Origin: Mizuhopecten yessoensis
Lineage: Eukaryota
Reading direction: 5' to 3'
Assembly (NCBI RefSeq): GCF_002113885.1
Contig: NW_018408886.1
Location: 154,482-218,481 of the forward strand
Length of the DNA: 64,000 nt
Shown here: piece after piece, positions 41,048-51,440 of the stretch
How the letters are laid out: every line of letters starts with the position of its first letter
How positions within the stretch are numbered: position 1 is the first letter of the stretch
Translations under genes and position numbers: made by a program
Notes under the pieces: generated by a model
Told to the model about the DNA's origin: nothing
The model's database searches: none
The model's input: the letters and a program-made list of their open reading frames with translations, nothing else

Positions 41048-41627
41048 TAATTGCAGGCCCCAAAATTCTGATCAGTGGCCTGTTTATGGTCAGCTAACGA
41101 CTGCTCTATAAAATGCTCTATAAAACACTCAGATTTGTTCCCAGAATTCTGTGACAGCTATTGTGAAAGTTTTACATGTTTTTTTAGAGAAATATTTAGA
41201 CCTCCATTTCAGTTGATTAATTTCTAACTCACTTGACAAGATGCCATATCCCAACTCGATGTATTATGGAAGCTACATCGTTTAATTCAATTGAGGTGGT
41301 GTCGACTGAGCCAGACCGATATATGAATCAGAAGAAGAAACTAATCAGAAGTTTATTAGGGTGATGGCTTGCTCACAAGCTACTGAACTACATGTTCACT
41401 GGGCAAGGTGCAATGGGGTGCCAATGAAGCGAAAGTGGAAAAGTGTAAATTACAGATCGCAATTTGAATTTAAGTTAAATCTAAATGACACATTAATGTA
41501 TGTAATTGAAAAATTTGGTTAGATTTTTGTGATCATCATCATGGGAAATGGCTTAAATGATGTGATTTAGCCTTCTTGACCATCATGATTAAGTGACTAT
41601 TCACATTTTTTTCCTTTTTTATTACAG

Positions 41628-41792
41628 AGTGAAAAAGAGAGATATCTTCTGACAGGTTTCCAGTTGTATGAACAGACAAGTGGATTAACACCAAACTGAC
41701 TCGTAATTAGTTTACCTGATAGTAAAAACGGAACAGTTTAATATGTGGTAGTCTGACACTCATCATCCACTAGTTACCATTGACAACACCAG
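41628..41792 (+). other. Candidate additional 5' UTR exon of DYM
   Basis: Strong polypyrimidine acceptor ttttttcctttttt attacag| and donor CAG|GTAATT. Splice signals are the only evidence. Confidence 0.4.
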
Positions 41793-42275
41793 GTAATTGG
41801 GCTTTTTATCTTAAAAATGCAATCAATTCTTTATAAAAAAAAATTCCAGACAGTAAATATATTGCCAATGTAAGTTACATGCAAAATTACAGATGTTTAC
41901 TCTGTCCATTGATGGAACTATCAGAGATAGAAATATGTTTATTTAGTTATTACCTTTCAAAGTTAGCCCAAAAAGCTGTAACTGGTACAGGTATGCATTC
42001 AAACCTGAATAAATAAACTTCAAGAGGTGTACAGTTCCCTTAGCTAAATTTTATGTCCAGACTAGTGAACAATTTCAATATCTATTATAAAATTATTTGT
42101 TGGGATTTTTCGAAATCTCTTTATTTTAACATTTCAATTGAGATGTATGTTATATTTCGGCTATATTCCAATATTGTTTGAACTCACCTGGGGCCTAGGT
42201 TACCATCTATAATACTGAGCTAAGCAATTCTTGAAACGCTTATATTATGGTCACTAAGTAATTTGGTCAGAAAAA

Positions 42276-42916
42276 TGTTTTCTGTTGTACAGCTGTAGAG
42301 AAATAGACAGGATTATTAGTATCATGTTCGCTGTTTTATGTTGTACAGCTGTAGAGAAATAGACAGGATTATTAGTATCATGTTCGCTGTTTTATGTTGT
42401 ACAGCTGTAGAGAAATAGACAGGATTATTAGTATCATGTTCGCTGTTTTATGTTGTACAGCTGTAGAGAAATAGACAGGATTATTAGTATCATGTTCGCT
42501 GTTTTCTGTTGTACAGCTGTAGAGAAATAGACAGGATTATTAGTATCATGTTCACTGTTTTCTGTTGTACAGCTGTAGAGAAATAGACAGGATTATTAGT
42601 ATCATGTTCACTGTTTTCTGTTGTACAGCTGTAGAGAAATAGACAGGATTATTAGTATCATGTTCACTGTTTTCTGTTGTACAGCTGTAGAGAAATAGAC
42701 AGGATTATTAGTATCATGTTCACTGTTTTCTGTTGTACAGCTGTAGAGAAATAGACAGGATTATAAGTATCATGTTCGCTGTTTTGTGTTGTACAGCTGT
42801 AGAGAAATAGACAGGATTATTAGTATCATGTTCACTGTTTTCTGTTGTACAGCTGTAGAAAAATAGACAGGATTATTAGTATCATGTTCACTGTTTTCTG
42901 TTGTACAGCTGTAGAG
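42276..42916. repeat. 56-bp tandem repeat containing the DYM coding exon 1 acceptor (12 acceptor copies)
   Basis: ctgtagagaaatagacaggattattagtatcatgttcrctgttttctgttgtacag; the last copy runs into ATG 42917. Confidence 0.96.
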
Positions 42917-43056
42917 ATGGGAGCCAACAGTAGTAGTATGGGTGAGCTGGCCAATAACGACTACCTAAAACGTCTGGCCAGTAACACCCCCATCAACCCT
43001 ATAGACCCGTTCTTGAACCAGCTACTATCTTACTCCTTCCTCATACCCATCAACAG
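42917..43056 (+). CDS. DYM: Dymeclin coding exon 1 (exon starts 42909, ATG 42917)
   Basis: MGANSSSMGELANNDYLKRLASNTPINPIDPFLNQLLSYSFLIPIN matches the human N-terminus MGSNSS...DPFWNQLLSFSF. MGxxxS myristoylation motif; donor CAG|GTGAGT. Confidence 0.95.
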
Positions 43057-43250
43057 GTGAGTCTAAATATAATCAACAGGTAAGTCTTAATGTAATCAAC
43101 AGGTGTGTTTAAAACTAATACACGGGAAAGTCTAAATCTAGGCAACAGACAAGTTTAAATTTGATCAACAGGTCTAGGTATTTCTAGAACTAATGAACAG
43201 GTATCTGGAAATCTGATCAATAAGTAAGTTTAAATCCAATCAGTAAGATT
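43049..43250. repeat. Degenerate 23-bp repeat containing the DYM coding exon 1 donor
   Basis: atcaacaggtgagtctaaatata / atcaacaggtaagtcttaatgta / atcaacaggtgtgtttaaaact ... Confidence 0.8.
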
Positions 43251-43461
43251 AAATTCAGGAGACAACTTGAACAAATTAATGGCCTAGCAATGCTTCATTG
43301 CAAATTTTGAAGCAGTTTCAAACATAACTAAAGAAAATAAATTTCATATCATCATGTTTGATAGATTTCAGGGTATTGTATTGTTCTGTCTATGATGGCC
43401 ATTATTATTTTTCAGTACTTACTGTAAACTTGAATTCTCTATTTCCACTTTTGTATTTTAG

Positions 43462-43608
43462 TGCTGATGGTAAACTTCTGGAGGAATCCACAGTGGGCAT
43501 CTGTAAGACTCTAGCTATCAATAATGCCCGCTCAGGAAACTTCGGAGCACTAGTTCGAAACTTCCTTGTACGGGCAACGGAACTGAAGGCCTCGGCACAG
43601 TGTGAAGA
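43462..43608 (+). CDS. DYM: Dymeclin coding exon 2
   Basis: [48 protein letters not shown]; AG/GT boundaries, phase 2-2. Confidence 0.95.
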
Positions 43609-44216
43609 GTAAGTTTTCAGTTATTTCCCATGGACTGGCACCAAATTTTAATCTATGCTAAAAAAAATTTTTTTATATATGTAACTTTTTTTGTATTTTA
43701 GTTTGAACAATCATACATAGACAACAATACACCTATTAGAAAATATTAAGATATAAAAAAACTAGATGCTCAAAAATGATCTTGCATTAAAAAATAACTG
43801 ATCACATAGCAAAATGAATAATCTCAAAATAATAATGGCATATTTATAAATATGCAGGATGGATTTATCCTCCTTATGAAACTTGGGCGTTAATCCAACC
43901 CCATTTGACCTATTTCTTCCAAATTTTATTAAGGTAAACACTAAAATCAATTAAGGAAAAAAAAACTTTAAAATTATGTTAAGGAGAACAATTCACAATT
44001 TTTTTTTTTCATTTCAAAATATTTTATTAAATCAAATGATTCAATGGGAATTTGGCAACAGGCTATGCCTATACAAGCCCTCTCCCTTGGGTTACATACA
44101 TTTCAAACAGGGAAGAGCGAAAAGTTGACTGGGCTAAAGTTTCCCTGTAAACTGTATGTGATATCCTCTACTTATTCTTAATTCATCTGTATTAAGATTT
44201 ATGATTTCTGTTACAG

Positions 44217-44344
44217 TAACATCTTTACTTGGCAGACCTACAATGCCCTGTTTGTCATCAGAAGTCTGTGTAAATACTTCGTGGAACACCTCAGTGAAGA
44301 ACTCATTCTACAACAGTTTGAGGCCAAACCTCCAGACATGGGAG
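44217..44344 (+). CDS. DYM: Dymeclin coding exon 3
   Basis: NIFTWQTYNALFVIRSLCKYFVEHLSEELILQQFEAKPPDMG (human IFIWQTHNALF); canonical splice sites. Confidence 0.93.
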
Positions 44345-44454
44345 GTAACTGATACTATAGGAGAATTTTTAGCGCAATTTAACATTGTTAAGCATGTGTT
44401 CAAATAAAAGCATGGCTTTTCTGTTATTTTTACACACAATGTTCAACCCTTGAT

Positions 44455-44687
44455 CCGGGCTAGACATTAAGGGTAGCCCGAGAGTCTGAGACTACTCACT
44501 CAGACTAGTGATATCTCCAACTGAATTAGTGGTACTGAAAAACACTTACTCAATTGACAAATCAAAATTTGATATTGCTTATTTTGTTGAATAATATTGG
44601 GTAAGTGGAATTGTGCACACGGATCAGTAAAAATAGAATCTACTACCCCAGTTGACTAGTGGCAATCAGTATTAACTTCTAGCTCGG
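44455..44687. mobile_element. Putative hAT-like MITE
   Basis: TIR ccgggctagacattaa / ttaacttctagctcgg; degenerate 8-bp flanks cccttgat / ctcttaat. Confidence 0.5.
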
Positions 44688-45114
44688 CTCTTAATGTAAA
44701 AAAAACTTGATATTTAGTTTTAAAACCATTAACATTAAAGGGGGTGGGGTTGAGCTTGAAAGACCTTAAATTTAAAGATAATTCCTATTTAAAGAGGAGC
44801 CCTTGATGTAGGGTTTTAGCTTGAAAAGCCTTCAGTACAAAATTAATTTTAGAAAAGAACTTCCATGTGAAACAATAGCCATAAGATGGAAATCTGTTTT
44901 ATTGACCCTGAAATAGATTTCCATGAAAAATAGAATATTAGTGTTGACAGTGGGGGGATGTTACGTAAATGACATTAACGAAAACTGCTGAAAAATAAGA
45001 CTAGTTAACTATAATCAGAAGGTGACCAGTGGAAAAATGGAGGTGTCAAACTATAATCAGATGGTGACCAGTGGAAAAATGGAGGTGTCGAAATTAATGG
45101 TGAATATGTTTCAG

Positions 45115-45199
45115 GTTACGCTGACCCTGAGGACATCGGACCACTGACAGAGGAACTGATGAACTCGCTGGTAGAACTCCTTGTTGATGTACCCGTCGT
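45115..45199 (+). CDS. DYM: Dymeclin coding exon 4
   Basis: YADPEDIGPLTEELMNSLVELLVDVPV; tttcag| and |gtaagt, phases consistent. Confidence 0.9.
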
Positions 45200-45225
45200 G
45201 TAAGTCAACACAACAAGCAGTGATG

Positions 45226-45315
45226 TAATAATGGGAGGTTCTGATATACCGCTTTATCACATCCTAGTTCGTAGGTCGTCTCAAAGCGGTTCACAAATTA
45301 TTATCTGTGGTTATG
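45226..45315 (-). mobile_element. 5'-truncated 3' tail of the CORE-type SINE
   Basis: Reverse complement of 59107-59190 (cataaccacrgataataatttgtgaaccgctttgagacgacctacgaactagg...). Confidence 0.8.
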
Positions 45316-45684
45316 CAGTTGGGTGTTAGAAAGTTTTGTCAAAATGACATCTGAAAGTGAAATGACATCTGAAAATTATAATTATCCCCCACTTTGTCTA
45401 TCCCTCCTATAATTCTCATGAAGAAAAATTGTCGAGTCTATGTCTGGGTAACTGTAGGTGCTCCATGGATGATACTTGCATCAGTGATGTAGAAGGGTAG
45501 CTCTTCTAAACACATGTTGCTGATGCTGAGGTTTTTGACACATGCGTTAGGTAACGGAATTGCATGTTAGACACTAGCGCCACCATTTCCTTTTTTGGAA
45601 TCTGATAACATTTCATTCACAAAATGGTGACGCAATTTTGTGGTTAGCCAGCGAATAGGTTGAGAAAGCATTTACTTTGATACT

Positions 45685-45775
45685 TTAACCCTTTCACCAC
45701 TGTAGACCATAATGGACTCATCCAGATCAATGCATGGTAGAGTCTACTAAAGTTTCATATGGGTGAAAGGATTAA
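45685..45775. mobile_element. TTAA MITE family A
   Basis: Same TIRs and body, TTAA on both sides. Confidence 0.88.
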
Positions 45776-45936
45776 CTAATTAGATCTATGTGAAAAATAG
45801 AACAATGCATGTAGATTGTATGTATAAAATTATTAAAAATATTCTAATATACTTCCTAATGAAACTCTGCTAAAAATGTGTGCTTCCTGCACTCTTCTGA
45901 GAAGTGAATGGTTTAAAAACAAACTTTTTTTTACAG

Positions 45937-46062
45937 GAGTTTTACGTATGCTCTCCACCTCGAGGCTCTAAACACACTGTTGGTGTTGCTGTCTCTACAA
46001 ATGTTCCAGCCCCAACCTGCCTCCAAGTTCGTCTTATACAAATACATCATGCAGGGGCGATG
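45937..46062 (+). CDS. DYM: Dymeclin coding exon 5
   Basis: SFTYALHLEALNTLLVLLSLQMFQPQPASKFVLYKYIMQGR; canonical sites. Confidence 0.93.
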
Positions 46063-46139
46063 GTAAGTTGTAAACATTAAAAAAATAATAAGTAAAAATG
46101 CAAAAGATAAGTCCAGATCATGAATATATAAGTAGAATT

Positions 46140-46520
46140 TATTTTTATTTTTGGTTTTACAATCCTATGGTCATTTAAGGACGAGTCAGATTTTGCTGTA
46201 GGAGCAAAACCTGAGTACCCGGAGGAAAACCACCAACCTGTGGCCAGTACCTGGCGACTGCCCCACGTAGTTCTCCACCCAGCGACCCAATGGTGGAGGG
46301 CTAGTGATCATGTCGTACACCTTAACCTAGTCCGAATTATTCTGACGTTTTATCGACTTTTTTTATATCGGTCTGTCGTCGATTAACGTCAGTACTCAGG
46401 CCCTCTATAATATGCAGGAAATATGCGACCCGCGCCCGGAGCGCACTTCAAACTGATATTTTAGAAACTAATCGTCAGAATAATTCGGACTAACCTTAAC
46501 CACTTAGCCCACACGGGATG
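46140..46520 (-). mobile_element. tRNA-derived SINE (V-domain-like) interrupted by a MITE
   Basis: Homologous to 57569-57787; contains gagtacccggaggaaaaccacc (reverse of the V-domain-like GGTTTTCCTCCGGGTACTC). Confidence 0.7.
46328..46492. mobile_element. 165-bp MITE with perfect 20-bp TIRs and 9-bp TSD (AcademH-like)
   Basis: TAGTCCGAATTATTCTGACG / CGTCAGAATAATTCGGACTA; TSD ACCTTAACC at 46319-27 and 46493-501. Confidence 0.88.
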
Positions 46521-46935
46521 CACTTCTTATAGATAGATAACATAGGTGTCTAAAGTTATTGGTATAGTGGGCACCAGGAAAACAGTAATTGTAAACAGTT
46601 TGGGTTACTAACAAATAGTGCATCCCCCAATCCCCAAGTCATCCCTATGACCCACCCTATTGATGAGAATTGAAGTCCACGACTCTCATTTCCGTGTGAG
46701 TATAGACAATAGAATGTACTCGGTTACAGTTCTGTGTTTGAAAAAGTTACCACAAAAAATACAGAGATTGTCAAACTTGCAAATGAAATGTGTTATGAGA
46801 AAGAATTCTTGAGTCAAACTTACAAACAGCTCTCTTAGGAGAAAGAATTCTTGTATAATGTAAGGCTGAGTTTGTTAGTGTCTGGCATTAAAGTAGTGGA
46901 AACAATAGTGCAATGTTTGATCCCAAACAAAATAA

Positions 46936-47055
46936 TCTGATCGTTATTGTTTTGTTGTTACAGTTCCATCCACGCCTGTCTGCTGGTCAAATCTCTGATC
47001 GTTATTGTTTTGTTGTTACAGTTCCATCCACGCCTGTCTGCTGGTCAAATCTCTG
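46936..47055. repeat. Perfect 58-bp tandem duplication spanning the exon 6 acceptor
   Basis: tctgatcgttattgttttgttgttacag|ttccatccacgcctgtctgctggtcaaatc x2, plus tctg. Confidence 0.95.
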
Positions 47056-47143
47056 TTACGGAATTTTTCAATCCAAGAGAAGTGCCCGCCTGAATTATAT
47101 AAACACACTGGTGACGGTAATAGTGTCATGGCTTCCGTCGCTG
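47022..47143 (+). CDS. DYM: Dymeclin coding exon 6 (distal copy of a duplicated acceptor)
   Basis: SIHACLLVKSLLRNFSIQEKCPPELYKHTGDGNSVMASVA; only the 47021 acceptor keeps frame. Confidence 0.9.
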
Positions 47144-47445
47144 GTAAGCATCCTCGGCTGTAGCCTAGGGGGATCCCTCACATGTACCATTTTCTTAATT
47201 TAATTTTATTAAGCTCTAAAAAAAACTAAAAACAATCTCTAAATAAGTAAATTAAAATGTCTTGTCTCTGAAAAATTCAGTTGGTCTGTAAGAAATGTAT
47301 ATTACACAGACATAATGTGAATGGTGTGTTAATGTTAAACTTCCAGATCTCCCCAGCCATATAAGTGGTTGCATGGCCCTCACCTCCATAACTGGAATAA
47401 ACATGAGGCAGTACCATATGAGCATTTTTCTAATCTGCAAGATAT

Positions 47446-47536
47446 TTAACCTTTTCACCCCTATATAACTTCAGTAGACTCTACCATGCATTGATATGGA
47501 TGAGTCCATTATGGTCTACAGTGGTGAAAGGGTTAA
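47446..47536. mobile_element. TTAA MITE family A (reverse orientation)
   Basis: Same TIRs and body, TTAA on both sides. Confidence 0.88.
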
Positions 47537-47590
47537 TGTCATGTAAAAATAATTTTATAATTAATAATTTAATTCAATTTTATTTTTCAG

Positions 47591-47779
47591 CCAGTTTTTG
47601 GTCTGTGATGACACTAGGTATGGGAGGAGCCACAGAAAAGAAGGACGATGATTTCCATGAGACATTATTAGCCAATCAGAGCCTTTTATTTATGTTGGTG
47701 CTGACTAATCACTGTACGACAGATCACGGCATACACAACCCATACAGACAGGCATTGTTCGCCTTCACAAACTCACAAG
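47591..47779 (+). CDS. DYM: Dymeclin coding exon 7
   Basis: SFWSVMTLGMGG...LANQSLLFMLVLTNH...NPYRQALFAFTNSQ; matches human LANQSLL/NPYRQ. Confidence 0.95.
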
Positions 47780-48044
47780 GTAAGATAGAAGGGCGTTAAA
47801 ACTTGTAACTTAAGGAATTATGCTACTGCGTAGAAAGTTGTTTGTGCTCCATTCCTGTGCTTTTTGCAAAAGTTAGTTTTACAAGATAGCACAGTCCTGA
47901 TAATATTAGTAACACGCAACTTGTTATTGTTATAATATAACTTAAGGATCCCTGTACCGCTGCCAAAAACTAACTAAGTACTGGGAACTGTTTTATCTAT
48001 CATGACTATAGCTTTGATCAATCATTTTTGAAAGGATAAATATG

Positions 48045-48290
48045 TGACCGGGCGGAATGCTGTGCTGGGATTGATAGGCATGGCATTTCAGTGAGATAGC
48101 ACTATAAAATCAGCATCAGATCCGCGCTATCACAAGGAGGCAAGCCCCCCCCCCGCCCCCCCCCCCCCCCCCCAACATACCCTGTCTCCTGTATACACAC
48201 ACGCAAGCATGCATACACTACACACATGGAGGCACATCCTTAAATGACCTATGCTGTTAATGGGACGTTAAACAAAATTAAACCAAACTG
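48045..48290 (+). mobile_element. Truncated SINE (Meta/MESC-like body) sharing its 3' tail with the V-like SINE
   Basis: Body ttcagtgagatagcactataaa; tail ccttaaatgacctatgctgttaatgggacgttaaac...aaccaaac matches the reverse of 57569-57622. Confidence 0.55.
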
Positions 48291-48489
48291 ATAGGAAAAC
48301 TATACCTTACCGGACTTTTATGAGAGAAGAAAGAACAGATGAAATGAACAAAATATAATCAACAGCATTGTTCTGAGTGTAAAAATACAAGACCGGGATT
48401 CAAACCCTGAACTTCAAATTGTAATTTAAACTACTTTTTTGGTCAATGGAACTATCATGGCCAAACTGTGCTGTATATATTATATCCAA

Positions 48490-48746
48490 ACGTAAGTTAA
48501 GGGGAGGTTACTGTGTAAAGGAAAAACCTCAGTGCAGTGGGACAGGGATCCTTACGGAAGGCAAGGGGAGGTTACTGTGTAAAGGAAGAACCTCAGTGCA
48601 GTGGGACAGGGATGCTTACGTAAGTTAAGGGTAGGTAACTGTATAAAGGAAATATCTCAGTGCAGTGGGACAGGGATCCTTACGGAAGGCAAGGGGAGGT
48701 TACTGTGTAAAGGAAAAACCTCAGTGCAGTGGGACAGGGATCCTTA
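48490..48746. repeat. ~63-bp tandem repeat x4
   Basis: aaggggaggttactgtgtaaaggaaaaacctcagtgcagtgggacagggatccttacg. Confidence 0.9.
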
Positions 48747-48842
48747 ATTCAAATAATACTGTTTCTGAGTTGTCATAGACTCTATAGTATTCAGAACATG
48801 CTCTAATGTATGTGTGACTTTTATATGTACTTCTGTTTACAG

Positions 48843-49024
48843 ACCCGTCATCCTCAAGTCCTACCCAAACACCAGCCACATTCAAACTAGATTTCAGCCA
48901 ATTATACGATGCCTTATGTGTTGCCCTTAGAGACGACCAATCAACACTGCTGTTATATTTGCTCATACACCGGAACACACTAATGAAAGCATTCATACTG
49001 TCGAGGACAAATATCGATCAACTG
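48843..49024 (+). CDS. DYM: Dymeclin coding exon 8
   Basis: PSSSSPTQTPATFKLDFSQLYDALCVALRDDQSTLLLYLLIHRNTLMKAFILSRTNIDQL; |gtaagt. Confidence 0.95.
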
Positions 49025-49030
49025 GTAAGT

Positions 49031-49150
49031 AGGATGTCCATAGAGTTATCATTGGTAATGGTTTATAGAAACAGGATGTCCATAGAGTTATCATTGGTAA
49101 TGGTTTATAGAAACAGGATGTCCATAGAGTTATCATTGGTAATGGTTTAT
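49031..49150. repeat. 42-bp tandem repeat x~3 starting 6 nt into the intron after exon 8
   Basis: aggatgtccatagagttatcattggtaatggtttatagaaac. Confidence 0.92.
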
Positions 49151-49760
49151 ATCTTATATTTAGATTCTAGTCCCAAATATTTCATGCTTGGCAACTATTG
49201 GAAATTTCTATTGGGGAGATTACCTGTGCTCAGAATTAAAAGCATAGATCAAATGTGTGTATGTACACCCTAGGGGAAAATGAGTTTTAAATGGGATCTT
49301 TTGAAATGTTCTTTCAGATGAAATCATCGAATCTTAGACAATAGGAATGGTTTAGCAAATGTACTGGTTGGAAATGCTCAATTGTAGGGTCTAAAATCGG
49401 AAGTGTCCCTCCAAAATAGGGAAAGTTACAAAGTATGATATTTACATTTCCTTTGTACAGCCCTTGGATGGCCTGCCAACCCAAAATGTTGATATAAACC
49501 AATGAAAGTAAGAACTGTTGTTGCACATGAACATTTTCCGATCAGAATCTTTCTGAGTCATTTTGTCATACTATTCGAGCAATTGGGGACCAGTCATGAC
49601 AATTGAAATTATGACAGAACTTTAGGAGTTACTGAATGGTTTCTGAATCTGAAACCATCTGATTGATGCTTGTTTCCTCAATAGAAAAAAGTGTCCGTTC
49701 TTCAAGTTGGTCAAACAGATATGAATGAATGAAAAGAAACTGAACAATTTTCTTTGTTGT

Positions 49761-49851
49761 TTAGCCCTTTCACCCCTAGGTAAATTTAGTGGACTCTACC
49801 ATGCATTAATTAGGATGAGTCCATTATGGTCTACAGTGGTGAAGGGGTTAG
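49761..49851. mobile_element. MITE family A with TTAG/TTAG flanks
   Basis: Same body; the identical non-TTAA 4-mer on both sides supports a 4-bp TSD. Confidence 0.85.
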
Positions 49852-50283
49852 AGTGTGATTGTAATGATTACAATACATCTTTATATTATGTATGATTGTA
49901 TGTAACACACTTCAATCATGACACGTCTCCAAGATAAAACTGGCCTCTCTCTCAACCAAATGCAGGGTTTGGAATAATACATACTGTATATATGGAAATT
50001 TTCGCCCCGTAAAAAAAAATTGCCCTTTGCCAGGATAATCAATTTCCTCTCGGTGTTAATGTCCCCTTCACACTTAATTACTATGTATATTGTGTTGTTT
50101 ACTGATGTTTGCTGCAATGATAAATTTGTCCTCATTATGGCAACAGAATAAGGCGAAAATTAAACTGCAGCGAAAATTTCCCAGTATACCATATATCTAG
50201 ATAGGAACCTTCCAATTGTAACCTTTATCCTGTATGTAGTATTTCTCTGATCTTTACGCACTTCCTGTGACTCTACTTGCCAG

Positions 50284-50409
50284 GTGATGCCACTACTGAA
50301 GATCCTATACCACGCCCAGGATAGAAACTCCCACCACATATACATGGCTCTTATCATCCTCCTTATACTTAGTGAGGACGAAGTTTTCAACAAAGCTGTC
50401 CACGAAATC
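50284..50409 (+). CDS. DYM: Dymeclin coding exon 9
   Basis: [42 protein letters not shown]; donor |gtacgt. Confidence 0.95.
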
Positions 50410-50414
50410 GTACG

Positions 50415-50703
50415 TATACATGTACAAACTCCCACCACCACATATACATGTACAAACTCCCACCACATATACATATACAAACTCCCACCACATATACATG
50501 TACAAACTCCCACCACATATACATGTACAAACTCCCACCACATTTACATGTACATACTCCCACCACATATACATGTACAAACTCCCACCACATATACATG
50601 TACAAACTCCCACCACATACATCTACAAACTCCCACCACATATACATGTACAAACTCCCACCACATATACATGTACAAACTCTATACATGTACAAATTCC
50701 ACC
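50415..50703. repeat. 25-bp tandem repeat (~10 full copies) derived from exon 9
   Basis: aaactcccaccacatatacatgtac; 22 nt are identical to 50325-50346. Confidence 0.95.
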
Positions 50704-51084
50704 CTACTGGTCTAAGGTAGTTCAGATTTATTCTTATGAAATGATGTGTTGAGCAAAAAATATTTTTATACTGTATTTTCAATAAACGTTAACTGGATAA
50801 GTGAAACTCGTTGAAGTATTTTCCGCTGTTAGAATGTGTGTTTGATACATTTATAACAATAAAAAGGTAAAGACATTTTACGCCCTGGCAACATAGTGGA
50901 GAGACATGTAGTGTTTTTCTTAGAAATGTTTCAACTTTCTGTTTTCAGAGGTAAGAAATAATATATTTGACCTTCTACTTGTAGGTGAAAAGGCATATGG
51001 TAGATTGTAGCAAATATCCCACCTTTGGCATTTCATTTGTAGCTATAATTAATATTATAATAAATAATAATAAAATATTTTATT

Positions 51085-51440
51085 TAAGGATTAACTTGAA
51101 TATATTTTTCATGTTATGGAGATATAACACAAAAAAACGGAGTGTGCTCTAAATAAACCGCTTTACGGTTTATGATGAGAGTACACTCCTATTTTTGTGT
51201 TATAGCTCCATAACATGAAAAATATATTCAAGTTAATCCCTATAATTTAATCTACTATACACAATCCCTGTGGAAATCCACTTTTATTGATGGACTCTTT
51301 TCTCTTAGAAATTATTGCGCCGCTGTATCAACCAATCAAAAGCGACGTTACAAATGGCGATGCCATTTTTTTACGTTATGGGATGATAACATAAATTTTT
51401 AAGCCAATGGAAATGCTTGTTACAAGCAAGATTAAATTAT
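51085..51440. mobile_element. Long hairpin (51085-51243) plus CCAAT-bearing segment, probable non-autonomous DNA element
   Basis: About 75-bp near-perfect arms ggattaacttgaatatatttttcatgttatggag / ctccataacatgaaaaatatattcaagttaatcc; second short IR ataatttaatct / agattaaattat. Confidence 0.65.

Noticed and set aside
45570-45590. CTCF-like ctagcgccacc
   Set aside because: Only a partial match to the core; a single occurrence is expected by chance.
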